A stretch of 64,000 bases of DNA, taken from the NCBI GenBank assembly GCA_963745025.1, contig CAVUWD010000014.1, forward strand, positions 224,001 through 288,000. The letters are read 5' to 3'. The notes below the pieces were generated by a model. That model searched no databases, was not told the DNA's origin, and worked only from the letters and a program-made list of their open reading frames with translations. The translations under genes and the position numbers were made by a program. Source of the stretch: an uncultured delta proteobacterium (GTDB taxonomy: Bacteria; Desulfobacterota; Binatia; JACPRU01). Shown here piece by piece: positions 10,123-20,187 of this stretch. The number at the start of each line of letters is the position of its first letter. Position 1 is the first letter of the stretch.

Positions 10123-10392
10123 ATGCCGGAGCCGCAGCGAGTAGCGTCCTACGAGGAGTACCTCCGCGAGGCGATGCGCCGCGCCGAGTACGATAAACTC
10201 GATGCCGGAGGATGGTTTGCGCGGATTCCTGGTTTCCAGGGGCTCTGGGCAAGCGGCCCTACGGTGGAGGATACGCGCAACGACCTCTGGGAGGCGCTCG
10301 ATGGCTGGCTCTTCGTAAACGGCTTCGTCAGCCATCTCCCACCGCCGCACATCGAGGGCGTCGAGTTCGACGTTACGAAGCGCGGCGAGTGA
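10123..10392 (+). CDS. HicB-family antitoxin
   Basis: WFARIPGFQGLWASGPTVEDTRNDLWEAL partial RNase H-fold motif; adjacent to HicA. Confidence 0.8.
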   Translation: MPEPQRVASYEEYLREAMRRAEYDKLDAGGWFARIPGFQGLWASGPTVEDTRNDLWEALDGWLFVNGFVSHLPPPHIEGVEFDVTKRGE

Positions 10393-10399
10393 GGCGCGG

Positions 10400-10627
10400 A
10401 TGACCGCGCGCCTCACCCCCTGCTCGCGGCGAGAGTTCATCCGCAAGCTGAGTGGGCTTGGTTACGACGGCCCGTATCCGGGTGGGAGGCACGAGTTCAT
10501 GGCGGCTCAAGGAAAGCGACCGATCAGAGTGCCCAATCCTCACGGCGGCCAGGACATCAGCGTTGATCTCCTCTCGCGAATCTTGCGGGAAGCCGGAATT
10601 GACCGTGACGAGTGGGCGCGCCTGTGA
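10400..10627 (+). CDS. HicA-family toxin
   Basis: 75 aa; GGRHEFM, VPNPH, LLSRILREAG typical of the HicA dsRBD-like fold. Confidence 0.85.
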   Translation: MTARLTPCSRREFIRKLSGLGYDGPYPGGRHEFMAAQGKRPIRVPNPHGGQDISVDLLSRILREAGIDRDEWARL

Positions 10628-10651
10628 ACTTTGAACCACGTGGTTCAAAGT
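10628..10651. repeat. Palindrome copy 2 (24-bp perfect: ACTTTGAACCACGTGGTTCAAAGT) followed by conserved tail
   Basis: Directly read; tail CGGGCTCCATGTAGGACGAAGTAGGACGA. Confidence 0.95.
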
Positions 10652-10718
10652 CGGGCTCCATGTAGGACGAAGTAGGACGATTAAACCGAGAAAACCCTTA
10701 GAAATCGCGGTCAGAACT

Positions 10719-10744
10719 AGGGTTCGAATCCCTTCTGCTCCATT
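10719..10744 (+). repeat. att core copy 2 (duplicated tRNA-Ala 3' end)
   Basis: Identical to 7497..7522. Confidence 0.9.
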
Positions 10745-10819
10745 TCGTTTCCTTCGGAAGGGTCAACACTTTCTTCGTCGCCCGTCTCTCCGTGGGACAA
10801 ATCGTCCCGGATTTTGTGG

Positions 10820-10925
10820 TGATCGGTCATCTCCTCCGTGCTCTTCTCCATGACCATGCCGGCGTTGTTCACGAGGATCTCGATCGCGGCGACGACCGCG
10901 GCAACCTCCTCCGGCCGGGTCACGT
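10820..10925 (-). pseudogene. Short-chain dehydrogenase remnant
   Basis: DVTRPEEVAAVV..IEILVNNAG fragment only. Confidence 0.55.
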
Positions 10926-11002
10926 CGAGCCGGAATGCGTGGGCGGCCCCCCGGCCTCGCGGATCTGCATGCGGCCCCCGAGAGGAAGCGCTGGGGAGGG
11001 AG

Positions 11003-11464
11003 TCATCGGTCTCGTCGCGCGAGCACGATGACGTGCTCGCCCTCCTGCACCGTGCCCCCGCGCTGGTTGAAGAGCGTCACCGCGAACGTGACGACTCCGC
11101 GATCGGCCTTCTTCAGCTCGCCCTTGGCTTGGATGCCGATCCGGGCATGGACGGTGTCGCCGACGAGGACGGGGGCCAGGAACTTCCAGCGGATCTCGAG
11201 GAAGGCGAGCGCGGTGCCTGCGAAGAGGCCGAGGCGGTCGACGAGACCCAGGTACATGTCGTGGATCAGCGGCCCGTGCGGCACGCGCGTGCCGAAGGGG
11301 CTCGCTGCGCGAGCGAACTCCTCGTCGGTGTGGAGCGGATTGAAGTCGCCCGTGAGGCCGGAAAAGGCCAGCACGTCGCCCTCGGTCACGGTCCGGCCGC
11401 CCGTCCAGAATTCCTGGCCGACAGCCAGCTCGTCCCAGGATCTCCCGCTGTAGGTCTTAGGCAT
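11003..11464 (-). CDS. MaoC-family dehydratase
   Basis: FSGLTGDFNPLH..HG hydratase motif, APVLVGDT. Confidence 0.9.
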   Translation of the reverse strand: MPKTYSGRSWDELAVGQEFWTGGRTVTEGDVLAFSGLTGDFNPLHTDEEFARAASPFGTRVPHGPLIHDMYLGLVDRLGLFAGTALAFLEIRWKFLAPVLVGDTVHARIGIQAKGELKKADRGVVTFAVTLFNQRGGTVQEGEHVIVLARRDR

Positions 11465-11796
11465 CGGGTGCCTCGCTGAACGTGTGCTGCATTTTCCGGT
11501 TCCTTGACGACGGCGTGCGGGAATCCGGCCGTAAAATTTGCGTAGAAAGGGAGATCCCGCCAGCGTCTTAGATCGAAGGTCATGTCGACATCGGCCCGCT
11601 AATCGTTCCTATCTCCTCACGGCAGTTATGAGAAGCGCATGTGTTCGCAAATCGCCGGTGAAGTCGTGGGCGACGGCGAGACGCCGTCCTAGCCACAGAC
11701 GATCACGCGACAGGAAGCGCGCGAGACGATCTTTTCCCACTTACCGCGCTGCGGGAGCGTGGGATCATCTGACGCGCTGCTGAGCGCGCGGCGCTG

Positions 11797-12597
11797 CTAG
11801 CGCGATGAACCCGTGGCCTTCGGTAGGCTGTCAAGGAAAGAGCGGACCGTCCGCGTGAACACCTCGGGTTGTTCCCAGAACATCCAGTGTCCTGCGTTCT
11901 CGACGATTGTCAGCTGGCATCCGGGGATCTGCGCCGCGAGGAACTGATGATACTTCACGGGCGTGAGCCGGTCCTCGGCGCCGCACACGGCCAGGGTGGG
12001 AACGCGGATGTCCTTCAGCCGGCTCATGACATCGAACGTGTCGTCGGCAATCCAGTCCTGGTATGTGACCGCCGGGTCCGTGTCCGCCGTCAACTTCTGA
12101 ACCGCGTCGACCACTGACTGTGGCGTGGCGCTCGCGAAGCCCCACGAGCGATCCGTCGCAAGCGCGCGCCCGGCCTCGGCCGCTGCGCGCGCGTCGCGGA
12201 GCAGGCCGGAATCCACCCGCAAACGCGCTCCCGTGTCGACCAGAATCAGGCCGTCGAGCAGATCCCCATAATAGAGGGCGGTTAAAAGCCCGACGGCGCC
12301 CCCGAGGGAGTGGCCCGCGACCACGAGGCGATCCCATCCCAGCCCCTTGGCCAGCTCGACGACGAAGTGGGTGTAGTCGGCGATCCCGCGAAAGCCGCGC
12401 CCAGGCGATAGCCCGTGCCCCGGCAGGTCGATCGCCACGGGCATGTGCGCGTCGGCAATCGCGGTCATGTGCGGGACCCACACCTGCCCATTGCAGCCCG
12501 TCCCGTGCACGTAGAGCACCTTCCGCCATGGCCGGGCGGTGCGACTGTCGACCGTGTGATAGTGGATCGTGCGCTCGGCGATGACTGCAGATCCCAT
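11797..12597 (-). CDS. Alpha/beta hydrolase
   Basis: HG oxyanion motif, DLPGHG, GHSLGG nucleophile elbow, NAGH. Confidence 0.9.
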   Translation of the reverse strand: MGSAVIAERTIHYHTVDSRTARPWRKVLYVHGTGCNGQVWVPHMTAIADAHMPVAIDLPGHGLSPGRGFRGIADYTHFVVELAKGLGWDRLVVAGHSLGGAVGLLTALYYGDLLDGLILVDTGARLRVDSGLLRDARAAAEAGRALATDRSWGFASATPQSVVDAVQKLTADTDPAVTYQDWIADDTFDVMSRLKDIRVPTLAVCGAEDRLTPVKYHQFLAAQIPGCQLTIVENAGHWMFWEQPEVFTRTVRSFLDSLPKATGSSR

Positions 12598-12811
12598 CGA
12601 GGCGTCCTCTCTGGTCGTATTCGCGCCCGCCGTAAGGCCTGATCTCTCGGAGGAGAGGCTTGCTCTCGGGGTGATAGTCTTCTGCGGTGGCTCTGCGCAA
12701 GGAGAAAGGGTTCTACGTCCGGCCGGATAGGAGAGGTGCGCGTTGTGCAAGTAGAACGAAACCAGGATCGGGACGTGCACTGCATCGAGGGAGCGTGCGA
12801 TGAACCCGGCC

Positions 12812-13771
12812 CTAGGTCAGCGGGAATTTCTGGCCGACGAGCTTCTCCGACACCTCCCAGAGCCGCTCGGCGTTGGCGGGGTCGAGAGCGTAGGACTTCA
12901 CGCCGTCGAGCGCGTCTTCCGCGTCGTTTACTGTGGCGACATGGCAGTCCTCGAGATAGAGGCCGCCGCGTCCTTCGAGCTCCGGCGCCGTGGCGGCAAA
13001 GGTCTCCGTTGCCGCGCCGGCTTCGACCGTCTTGAAGCTGACGCCGCCGCGACTCATGCGCGAGCGGATGAACTCGAGATCCTCGGGCTGCAAGTGTCGG
13101 CCGAGCTCGGTCATGATGCCGCCCGGATGCAGAGCATTGGCGTGCACCCCACGCGAGCCGAGCCGCTTCTCCAGACCGACGGCGAAGAGGATGTTGGCCG
13201 TTTTCGACTGACCGTATGAGAGCCACTTGTCATACGGCCGCTTCTCGAACTGAATGTCGTCGAAGACCACCGGCGACATGTGATGCCCCCGCGAGCTGAC
13301 CGAGACGATGCGGCTCGGCGCGCCGCGCAGCAGCGCCGGCGCCAGCAGACAGGTGAGGAGAAAGTGGCCGAGGTGATTCGAGCCGAATTGCAACTCGAAG
13401 CCGTCCTGGGTCTTCATGAACGGACTCGCCATCACGCCCGCGTTGTCGACCAGGATGTGAAGAGCGTCGTGCCGTGAAAGAAGGCGCTCGGCGAAGGCGC
13501 GGATGTTTTTCAGCGAACCGAGCTCGAGCTCCGCGACCTCGACCCGGGGATTGCGGGTCGAGCTGCGGATCGCCGCGGCGACAGTCTCGCCTTTCGGCAC
13601 GTCGCGAGCAGTGATGATCACGTGCGCGCCCCGCTCGGCCAGGACGCGAGCGGTCTCCTGTCCGAGTCCGCTGGACCCGCCGGTCACCAGCGCGAGCTTG
13701 CCGCGCAGGTCGATGCCTTCCGCGACCTCGCTCGCCGTCGTCTGCGCTCCGAACTTCGATGCGTCTCGCAT
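12812..13771 (-). CDS. SDR oxidoreductase (retinol dehydrogenase/WWOX-like)
   Basis: TGGSSGLG, NAGVM, NHLGHF, YGQSK. Confidence 0.92.
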   Translation of the reverse strand: MRDASKFGAQTTASEVAEGIDLRGKLALVTGGSSGLGQETARVLAERGAHVIITARDVPKGETVAAAIRSSTRNPRVEVAELELGSLKNIRAFAERLLSRHDALHILVDNAGVMASPFMKTQDGFELQFGSNHLGHFLLTCLLAPALLRGAPSRIVSVSSRGHHMSPVVFDDIQFEKRPYDKWLSYGQSKTANILFAVGLEKRLGSRGVHANALHPGGIMTELGRHLQPEDLEFIRSRMSRGGVSFKTVEAGAATETFAATAPELEGRGGLYLEDCHVATVNDAEDALDGVKSYALDPANAERLWEVSEKLVGQKFPLT

Positions 13772-13813
13772 ATAACCTCTCCGTCACTCGAGGTTTGCGT
13801 CCGTGAAGCTCAA

Positions 13814-14764
13814 TTACGATGCGGAAGCGGCTCGTCTGCGCCGTCCGCTGATCAAGTACACCGCCGCCCGCAGCTCGAGCAGCGGATCCGCCGAGGCCTC
13901 GATCCCGTCCACCCTCGGGATCGGATCGAAGATGATGTGCTTCTGCTCGCGCGCGTCGTTCGCCACCGGCGCCGTCAGCTCGATTCTACCGAGCTCGACG
14001 AGCGCTCGGCTCTCGGGCCAGTGAACCGTAGCATCGTCGAGGACGTCGCCGCGCTCCGCCAGCTGCACCGTCAATTTGAAACGCACCGGCCCGTTCCCCA
14101 CTCGCTTCGCGATCTCGTCCAAGAGATAGGTCGCGCTCTTTGCCTTCGTCGCCGCATCGTCGAGGTGCGCAGCGCCAGCCTCGGGAACGATCCGGTAGCG
14201 CCCGAAGCGGCTCACGCCATCCGCGTTCGTGAAGCGCATCGCGGTCACGCCGAAGTACGTCTCCGTCGCGAAGCTCACCGGAGCCGGCTTCGGCGTCTGC
14301 ACGAACGCCAGCGCCGCGGGATGGCTGCCGAGGAACGCCTCGAGCGGCGAGCCCGCGACCTTCGCCGGATCGCTCGACGCCACCGCCCGCAGAAACTCCA
14401 GGAACTCGGCGCCCGTGTGCGTCGGGAATCCGTCCGTCGAGTGGCTCACGATGTCGGTGTGCACGTGCTCCGCTAGATGGAAGCGGATCGCGAGCCCGCG
14501 TGGGTTGGCATTCGGATCGTTGTCCGGCAGCAACGGAACGCCGGTCGAGTTCGAGAAGCGCACTGTCACCGGCGTCGACGAACGCAGCACGTGCGGCGCC
14601 CTAGTGAGCGAGGACGCACCCGCTGCGGGGGTGAACGTGCCCGTGAACATCGCTCCTTTCGCGTGTGCTGGACGGAAGCCCGGATACTCTCCGAAGAGCT
14701 TCTCCAACTGGTGAATCAGGTCGTTGGCCAGAGCCAGCAGCTTTTCGTCGTTGGGAAGTGGCAT
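13814..14764 (-). CDS. Catalase-related peroxidase (SrpA-like)
   Basis: RPAHAKG, VRFS, DPLLELRAAVY. Confidence 0.9.
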   Translation of the reverse strand: MPLPNDEKLLALANDLIHQLEKLFGEYPGFRPAHAKGAMFTGTFTPAAGASSLTRAPHVLRSSTPVTVRFSNSTGVPLLPDNDPNANPRGLAIRFHLAEHVHTDIVSHSTDGFPTHTGAEFLEFLRAVASSDPAKVAGSPLEAFLGSHPAALAFVQTPKPAPVSFATETYFGVTAMRFTNADGVSRFGRYRIVPEAGAAHLDDAATKAKSATYLLDEIAKRVGNGPVRFKLTVQLAERGDVLDDATVHWPESRALVELGRIELTAPVANDAREQKHIIFDPIPRVDGIEASADPLLELRAAVYLISGRRRRAASAS

Positions 14765-15000
14765 CGTCGTTTCTCCTCATCGTGATGGCTGCGCTGCAAA
14801 GCTGGTGACTACCAATCCAGTAGTTTCGCGCAAGCGGGAGCGCGGTTCCACGACCGCCCCTTACGGAGAAGCGGGGGCGGGTCGGTCAGAAGCGGCTCTG
14901 CCTATCGACCTCGAACAGGTCGTGCCGGAGGCCGGCGTGCATCACCCGAGAGCGATGGCCGTGACCCGTAGCCGGAGCGAGGACACCGCAAAGGCGTGCT

Positions 15001-15228
15001 CTACCAGGGCGAGCGCCGCGTCGGTGGCAAAACCGCGATGCTGTCCGCGACGGGCGAAGTGGTAGCCGAGTTCAACGTCACTCGGCCGGCTGCAGCATCA
15101 AAAGAGAAGCGCGCGTTTGGAGGATTGGTCGCGTCGCAGGCGGCGCAGCGGGCCTCGATACTGATCCCGCATTCGACGCAGTGGACCGAGCGCCCCGCCG
15201 CCGGGGTCGAGCACTTCGGACAGACCAT
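15001..15228 (-). pseudogene. Double zinc-ribbon N-terminal fragment
   Basis: CPKC..CVECG..CAAC..NPPNARF, then degenerates. Confidence 0.5.
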
Positions 15229-15305
15229 CGAAACGACTCTATGCCATCCCCCGCGAACCCCGCGAGCCCCTTTCGCGCTCGCCTCCGACGGCCGCGGTTT
15301 GGCGG

Positions 15306-16895
15306 CTATTCGCGTGGTCGCGCGTAAATGAGATGGCGCACCCGGGGATCAGCACTCACGTAGATGCGTATTCGGTCCTCTAGTTCGCGATCCGCCAATG
15401 TCTGGCGATCGTGTTGGCGCAAGTGCTCCGCCCACGAGTTCACGAGAAACGTCTCCACGTAGCGATCCGGTGTCTCGGTATCGTGAAAGATGCCCCAACG
15501 CGACGCCCCATCCCGACGCCGGACGCGTTGGTATTGATGCATTGCCTCCACAAACTCTGCGACGCGTTGGCGATCCACGATGTATTCGACCGTCACGAGG
15601 ACCGGCCCCTCGTCGAGTCCTGGTTCCATCTCTTTGAGGATCGCGGGGAGTCGCCAATGGTTCCACGGACTCAGGTCCGTCGTTGCGTCCGGCAGCCGCG
15701 ATACGAGCCCGAGCGCCGTGGTCGCGATCGTTCCCAGCCCCGCCCACAGCAGAGCTGTCGGAATACCTGCCCGCTCGCCGACCGCACCCCACACAGCGCT
15801 GCCAACGGCCATGCTACCTTGAAAGACCAGCATGAAGACCGCCATGACGCGGGCGCGAACCCAGTCGGGCGCGAGACTCTGGACCAGCGCACTGATCAGC
15901 GAGATGAAGCTGATCCAGGCTCCACCTCCCACCAGCATTGCAACTCCGAGCGCTCCCATCACGTGAAAACTGCCAATCGCAACAATCGTCGCTCCCAGGA
16001 TTGCCACGCCGGCTGATACTACGGCCTCCGTCGACCATCGCGAGCGGGCTCGCTGCATAGCCAATGCGCCCAGCACCGCACCCACCCCGAAGCATCCCAA
16101 AAGAAGCCCATAGGCTATCGGGCTCTCGCTGATGCTGCGAGCGATGGTCGGCAGTAGTGCGAACAGCGCGCTCGCAAAAAACATCGCCGTTCCAGCCCGA
16201 AGCATCAGCGAACGGATCGCGGGCGAGTAGCGGACGTAGCGGATCGCCGCGACCGTTGCGCCGCCCACCGTCTCGACCGGTGCGGTTCGCGGACGAATAG
16301 GCCGCTTCCATCGAACGACCACCACGATCACTCCGAGGAACGACACGGCATTCAAAGCGAATGCCGTGCCGATGCCGGCGGTCGCGATGAGGGCGCCGGC
16401 GAGCGCGGGCCCCACCGCCCGCGCGAGGTTGAATTCGATCCCGTTGAGCGCTGATCCTGCCGCGAGATCCTCTTTCTTCACCAGTTCGGGAAGAATCGCC
16501 CGCCAGGTGGGTGTTTCGAACGCGTCTCCGGCCGAGAGCGCAAACGTCAGCGCGAGCAGCAGCCAGGGCGACATGAGGCGACCGATGGTCAGGACCGCGA
16601 TCGCGGTCGCGACGACAACCATCCAGACTTCCGTGTAGAGAATTAGTTTGCGGCGATCGACGATATCGCCGATCGAGCCAGCGGGCAGGGCGAGGACAAA
16701 GAATGGTAGCGTGGATGCGGTCTGCGTCAGCGCCACGTAAAACGGGCCGGCGCCAAGCGAGAGCATCAACCAGGCTGCGCCGACGCTCTGCAAGAACGTC
16801 CCGATGTCCGAGACGATGTTGGCGATGAGCAGATTGCGGAATGTGGGCGCCCGCAGCGGTCGCCACAGACTGCCCGAGGTGCGATCGAGGGCCAT
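15306..16895 (-). CDS. MFS transporter (MFS_3 type with C-terminal ABM-like domain)
   Basis: Multiple TM helices, GDIVDRRK motif A, C-terminal RRRDGA..W..SWAEHLRQH. Confidence 0.9.
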   Translation of the reverse strand: MALDRTSGSLWRPLRAPTFRNLLIANIVSDIGTFLQSVGAAWLMLSLGAGPFYVALTQTASTLPFFVLALPAGSIGDIVDRRKLILYTEVWMVVVATAIAVLTIGRLMSPWLLLALTFALSAGDAFETPTWRAILPELVKKEDLAAGSALNGIEFNLARAVGPALAGALIATAGIGTAFALNAVSFLGVIVVVVRWKRPIRPRTAPVETVGGATVAAIRYVRYSPAIRSLMLRAGTAMFFASALFALLPTIARSISESPIAYGLLLGCFGVGAVLGALAMQRARSRWSTEAVVSAGVAILGATIVAIGSFHVMGALGVAMLVGGGAWISFISLISALVQSLAPDWVRARVMAVFMLVFQGSMAVGSAVWGAVGERAGIPTALLWAGLGTIATTALGLVSRLPDATTDLSPWNHWRLPAILKEMEPGLDEGPVLVTVEYIVDRQRVAEFVEAMHQYQRVRRRDGASRWGIFHDTETPDRYVETFLVNSWAEHLRQHDRQTLADRELEDRIRIYVSADPRVRHLIYARPRE

Positions 16896-17258
16896 GTGCG
16901 GAAATCTCACCCCGCTTGGGGGGACGTCAACTAACCCTAATGAAAGTGAACCTCCTCATGGCGAAGAACGCGAAGAACACTTACGCGAAGTCTCGCCCGT
17001 CGACTGCGCCGTCGTTGCGATTGCGTGTATGAGGCGCCGCAACCGCGAGCTGCGCGCAAAAAAAGACAAGGCGAGACGGCAGCAGCGCGGGCACGAAGGC
17101 CTCGGGCTGCTGCCGTCGAAAGGTGAGAAAGCGCGGATGGTGAAGCGGGGTTGATGAGGTGGAAAAAGAGGGCGGCGCGTTCAGACCGGCTGTTCAGACC
17201 GGCAGCGCGATCTCGCGGGATCGCTCGAGCCTCTTGACCGTGTTGCTTCGTGTTGGGT

Positions 17259-17440
17259 TTACCAGTAGCCGGCGTCAACGAAGCTGAAGTGGGTATCGGC
17301 ACCGATGATCACGTGGTCCAAGACACGGATTCCCACCAACTCGCCGACCTGCCGGAGCCTGCGAGTGATCTCGAGATCCTCTGAAGACGAACTCACGTCA
17401 TTTGACGGGTGGTTGTGCATGAGCAGGAAGCACTCGGCAT
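17259..17440 (-). pseudogene. RadC/JAB domain C-terminal remnant
   Basis: HNHPS...SSEDLEITRRL..VGIRVLDHVIIG. Confidence 0.8.
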
Positions 17441-17582
17441 TGCCGGCGACCGCGCACTTTTCTCCAGTGTCGGCGAGATGATCGGCCGCGCGGCTAAATC
17501 GACGCGCAAAAACTCGCAAGGAGCGCCTGTAACGCCGGGGCGGCGCAAATGATTGACCATCAGCCGGACAAGAGTGTCCCGC

Positions 17583-18085
17583 TTACTTTGCCGGCGGGGG
17601 AGGATTTTTCGCTTTCGCCGCACCGCGCTTGAGCAGATCGAACAGATCGCTGTCGGTGGAGAGCACGAGCGTGGAGTCCTTCGCGAAGATCTTGCGGTAA
17701 GTTTCCATGCTTTTCATGAAGGCGTAGAACTCGGCGGCCTGCGGGCTTTGCGAGTAGGCGCGGGCGTAAATCTCGGTGGCCTTGGCGTCGGCCTCGCCGC
17801 GGATGGTCTGCACCTTGAGGTAGGCGCCGGACTGGATTTCGTTCATGTCGCGTTCTTTCTTGCCGGCGATCTTGGCCGCCTCGCCCTCGCCTTCCGAGCG
17901 GAACCGCTGGGCGATTTGCTGACGCTCGCTGATCATGCGCTGGTAGATGCGGTCGAGCACGTCGGGGTTGTAATCCACGCGCTTCAGGCGCAGGTCCAGC
18001 AGCTCGATGCCGAACTCGGCCAGCTTGCCGGCGGCGGCGGTCTTGATCTCGGTCTCGACCTTTTGCCGGCCCACGGTGATGGGCG
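17583..18085 (-). pseudogene. hflC: HflC (SPFH protease modulator) C-terminal fragment
   Basis: FGIELLDLRLKR..RMISER..RSEGEGEA..IRGEADA..EFYAF; 5' part missing. Confidence 0.75.
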
Positions 18086-18121
18086 GCAACACGCCGATCG
18101 TGGGACATCCTCCACGGCGTC

Positions 18122-19111
18122 GTGGTCTTCCCGTTCGAGGAAGAGCCTACGGTGTTTGCGCTCGCCTACTCCTTCGCCGCTCAGGCCGCGGCGCAGTCCG
18201 TGATCGAGGATGTGCGGTGGGGCGCGGGGATCAACCACGGTGCGATCGTCGACCGGCTACGGGAAGGAGGCTTCGAGAGAGCGACGATCGGGATCTGCGA
18301 CAGCCTTCCTCACGATATGTGGCTCTACCTCCGTGAAGCGCTTCCCGAGGCGAAGCTCATCGAAGCACGGGATCTAATGTTCGAGGTGCGCCTTTGCCCG
18401 AGCGAAGAGGAGCTCGAGTGGTATCGGAAGGGGGCGAGGTTCTGCGACCTCGCGTTCGAGGCCGCCGTCGACGCGGCCCGCCCCGGGATGAAGGAGTACG
18501 AGCTCGTCGGGGTGATCCACGGCACCTACCTCCGCCTCGGAGGATCACTCTACGGAGCCGCGATCGGCGTGAGCCCCATGGACAACCCGTCGGTGCCTTA
18601 CTCGTGGTGGATCGCTGGCGGCTCTACCCGCGAGCTCCAGAGAGGAGACCTGATCCTCACCGAGATCACGGGAACGTACTACGGCTACCCCGGCCAGCTC
18701 ATCCGGCCGATCGCGCTTGGCGAGCCGCCAGCGGAGCTACGAAAGATGGCCGACCTCGCCATCCAGCTCTACCTCGACGTGCAGAAGGTCGTGAAGGTCG
18801 GCAACACCCCGAGAGACGTTTATAGCTGCTCGCAGCGGATTCTGGATGAGGGCTACACGATTCAATGCCCGGTGATCCATGGCTATTCGCAGGTCCTCCA
18901 GCCGCCCTTCGCGTCGGTTCCAAACGATCCCTGCTGGTCGGTGATGCTCGACGGGCGTTTCCGAGAGAACCAACTGATCGTGATCGAGCCGAACCCGGTG
19001 ACACCCGACCTGCAGAGAGGTTTCTTCATCGGTGACATGAACGTGGTGACAAAGGACGGTGCGGTGTCGCTCCACGACGTGCCGCTCGAGCTTGCTGTGA
19101 AGGACGTCTAG
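18122..19111 (+). CDS. M24-family (Xaa-Pro peptidase/creatinase-like) protein, probably 5'-truncated
   Basis: Creatinase N-domain and pita-bread fold features (PGMKEYEL, IHG, IEPN); abuts the hflC fragment with no clear start. Confidence 0.65.
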   Translation: MVFPFEEEPTVFALAYSFAAQAAAQSVIEDVRWGAGINHGAIVDRLREGGFERATIGICDSLPHDMWLYLREALPEAKLIEARDLMFEVRLCPSEEELEWYRKGARFCDLAFEAAVDAARPGMKEYELVGVIHGTYLRLGGSLYGAAIGVSPMDNPSVPYSWWIAGGSTRELQRGDLILTEITGTYYGYPGQLIRPIALGEPPAELRKMADLAIQLYLDVQKVVKVGNTPRDVYSCSQRILDEGYTIQCPVIHGYSQVLQPPFASVPNDPCWSVMLDGRFRENQLIVIEPNPVTPDLQRGFFIGDMNVVTKDGAVSLHDVPLELAVKDV

Positions 19112-19149
19112 GGGCTGACGCTTTTTCTTTCCGTGCTCAGCGAGTCGCG

Positions 19150-19470
19150 TCACGGTCCGGGGTTTGTCTGATTCGACCAGTTCCTCGAATTTTCCCTTCG
19201 GCACGTTAGCGACATTGATCGCCTGTTCTCCTGGTCCTTCGATAGGCCTGCGTCGCGGGCCGCAGAGCGTTGCGTGGAAATAGGGTGGGCGCCCACCCCA
19301 TTTGTTCCGGGCTTACCGACGCCCTTGTTGAAGCCCTTGAGGAGCTCGGCGCAGCGCCTGATCGCGCGCGCCTGGATGCGCACGGCCATCTTGAGCAGGG
19401 CTTCGTCCTGAGACTGGCGTGCGTAGCTCGCCAGGGCTGCAGTCTTGTCCGCCCTCCTCGAGCCATCCAA
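19150..19470 (-). pseudogene. Phage/MGE-like hypothetical protein remnant
   Basis: ADKTAALASYARQSQD..RIQARAIRRC.ELL..AARDAGLS; frame-disrupted. Confidence 0.35.
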
Positions 19471-19760
19471 CTCTACGAATTCCGATCCGTCGGGCGTCTT
19501 TCCGAAGGCACGCCTCGATCCCCTCGGCTTCTTCATGGAATGCGCGCGACGCCATGGCGACATGACCTCCATGCGATTCGGCAGGCGCCAGGTTCCTCTC
19601 TGCCGCTCCCTTTGACGGGTGCCGGATCGGTGTTATCAGGACGCGAGTCACGGCCATTCTGCGGCCGCTTCTAGCCTGCCAACTAAATTGGCGACTTTCA
19701 TCCACCCCAACCGCGCTAGACTCCGCAGTACTCATCTTAAACACCAGAAAGGACCACTCT

Positions 19761-20102
19761 ATGGGCAGCCTCGGCGATGTCGGCTCCACCAAGTTATTCG
19801 AGAACGACAAGGTCATCCTATGGGAATTCGTACTCGAACCTGGCGAGAGAACCCCGCTCCACACCCATAAGCATGACTATGTGTGGTACGTGCTGGAAGG
19901 CACGACGCTCGAGGTCTTCGATAAGGACGACAAGTACCTCTATTCGTTCGAAGCGCCGGCGGGCGCGATATTCCCGCTGCGCCTGGAAGGCGACGAGCTC
20001 GTGACCACCGATGGTAAAGGGCTCCGCGCCCCGGCGACCCACAGCGCCCGCAACCGCGGCCCCACGCGTTATCGCGAAATCCTCGTAGAGACCAAGAATT
20101 AA
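19761..20102 (+). CDS. Cupin domain protein
   Basis: LFENDKV..LEPGE.TPLHTH.HDY..HSARN; RBS AGGA upstream. Confidence 0.85.
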   Translation: MGSLGDVGSTKLFENDKVILWEFVLEPGERTPLHTHKHDYVWYVLEGTTLEVFDKDDKYLYSFEAPAGAIFPLRLEGDELVTTDGKGLRAPATHSARNRGPTRYREILVETKN

Positions 20103-20187
20103 GGAGGTCCTCGGCCATCGGCCCGAGATGCTCGAATAGCGCCCGAAGTTGATGAGGCGACCCGCGTTTCGCGCCGCCCTGTCCGCG

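Larger units (their letters stand above)
7521..10744. mobile_element. Small integrase-less genomic islet in tRNA-Ala bounded by 26-bp direct repeats
   Basis: tRNA 3'-end duplication flanks a primase-helicase gene and a HicBA pair; palindromes near both ends. Confidence 0.8.

Noticed and set aside
10628-10651. Palindrome as an intrinsic terminator of hicA
   Set aside because: No loop or U-tract, and other copies are not placed directly after gene ends.
10719-10744. Second tRNA gene
   Set aside because: Only the T-arm and 3' acceptor strand are present; it is an att duplication.
17307-17321. GATCACGTGGTCCAA resembling the palindrome core
   Set aside because: Explained by the conserved RadC LDHVI codons; not symmetric.
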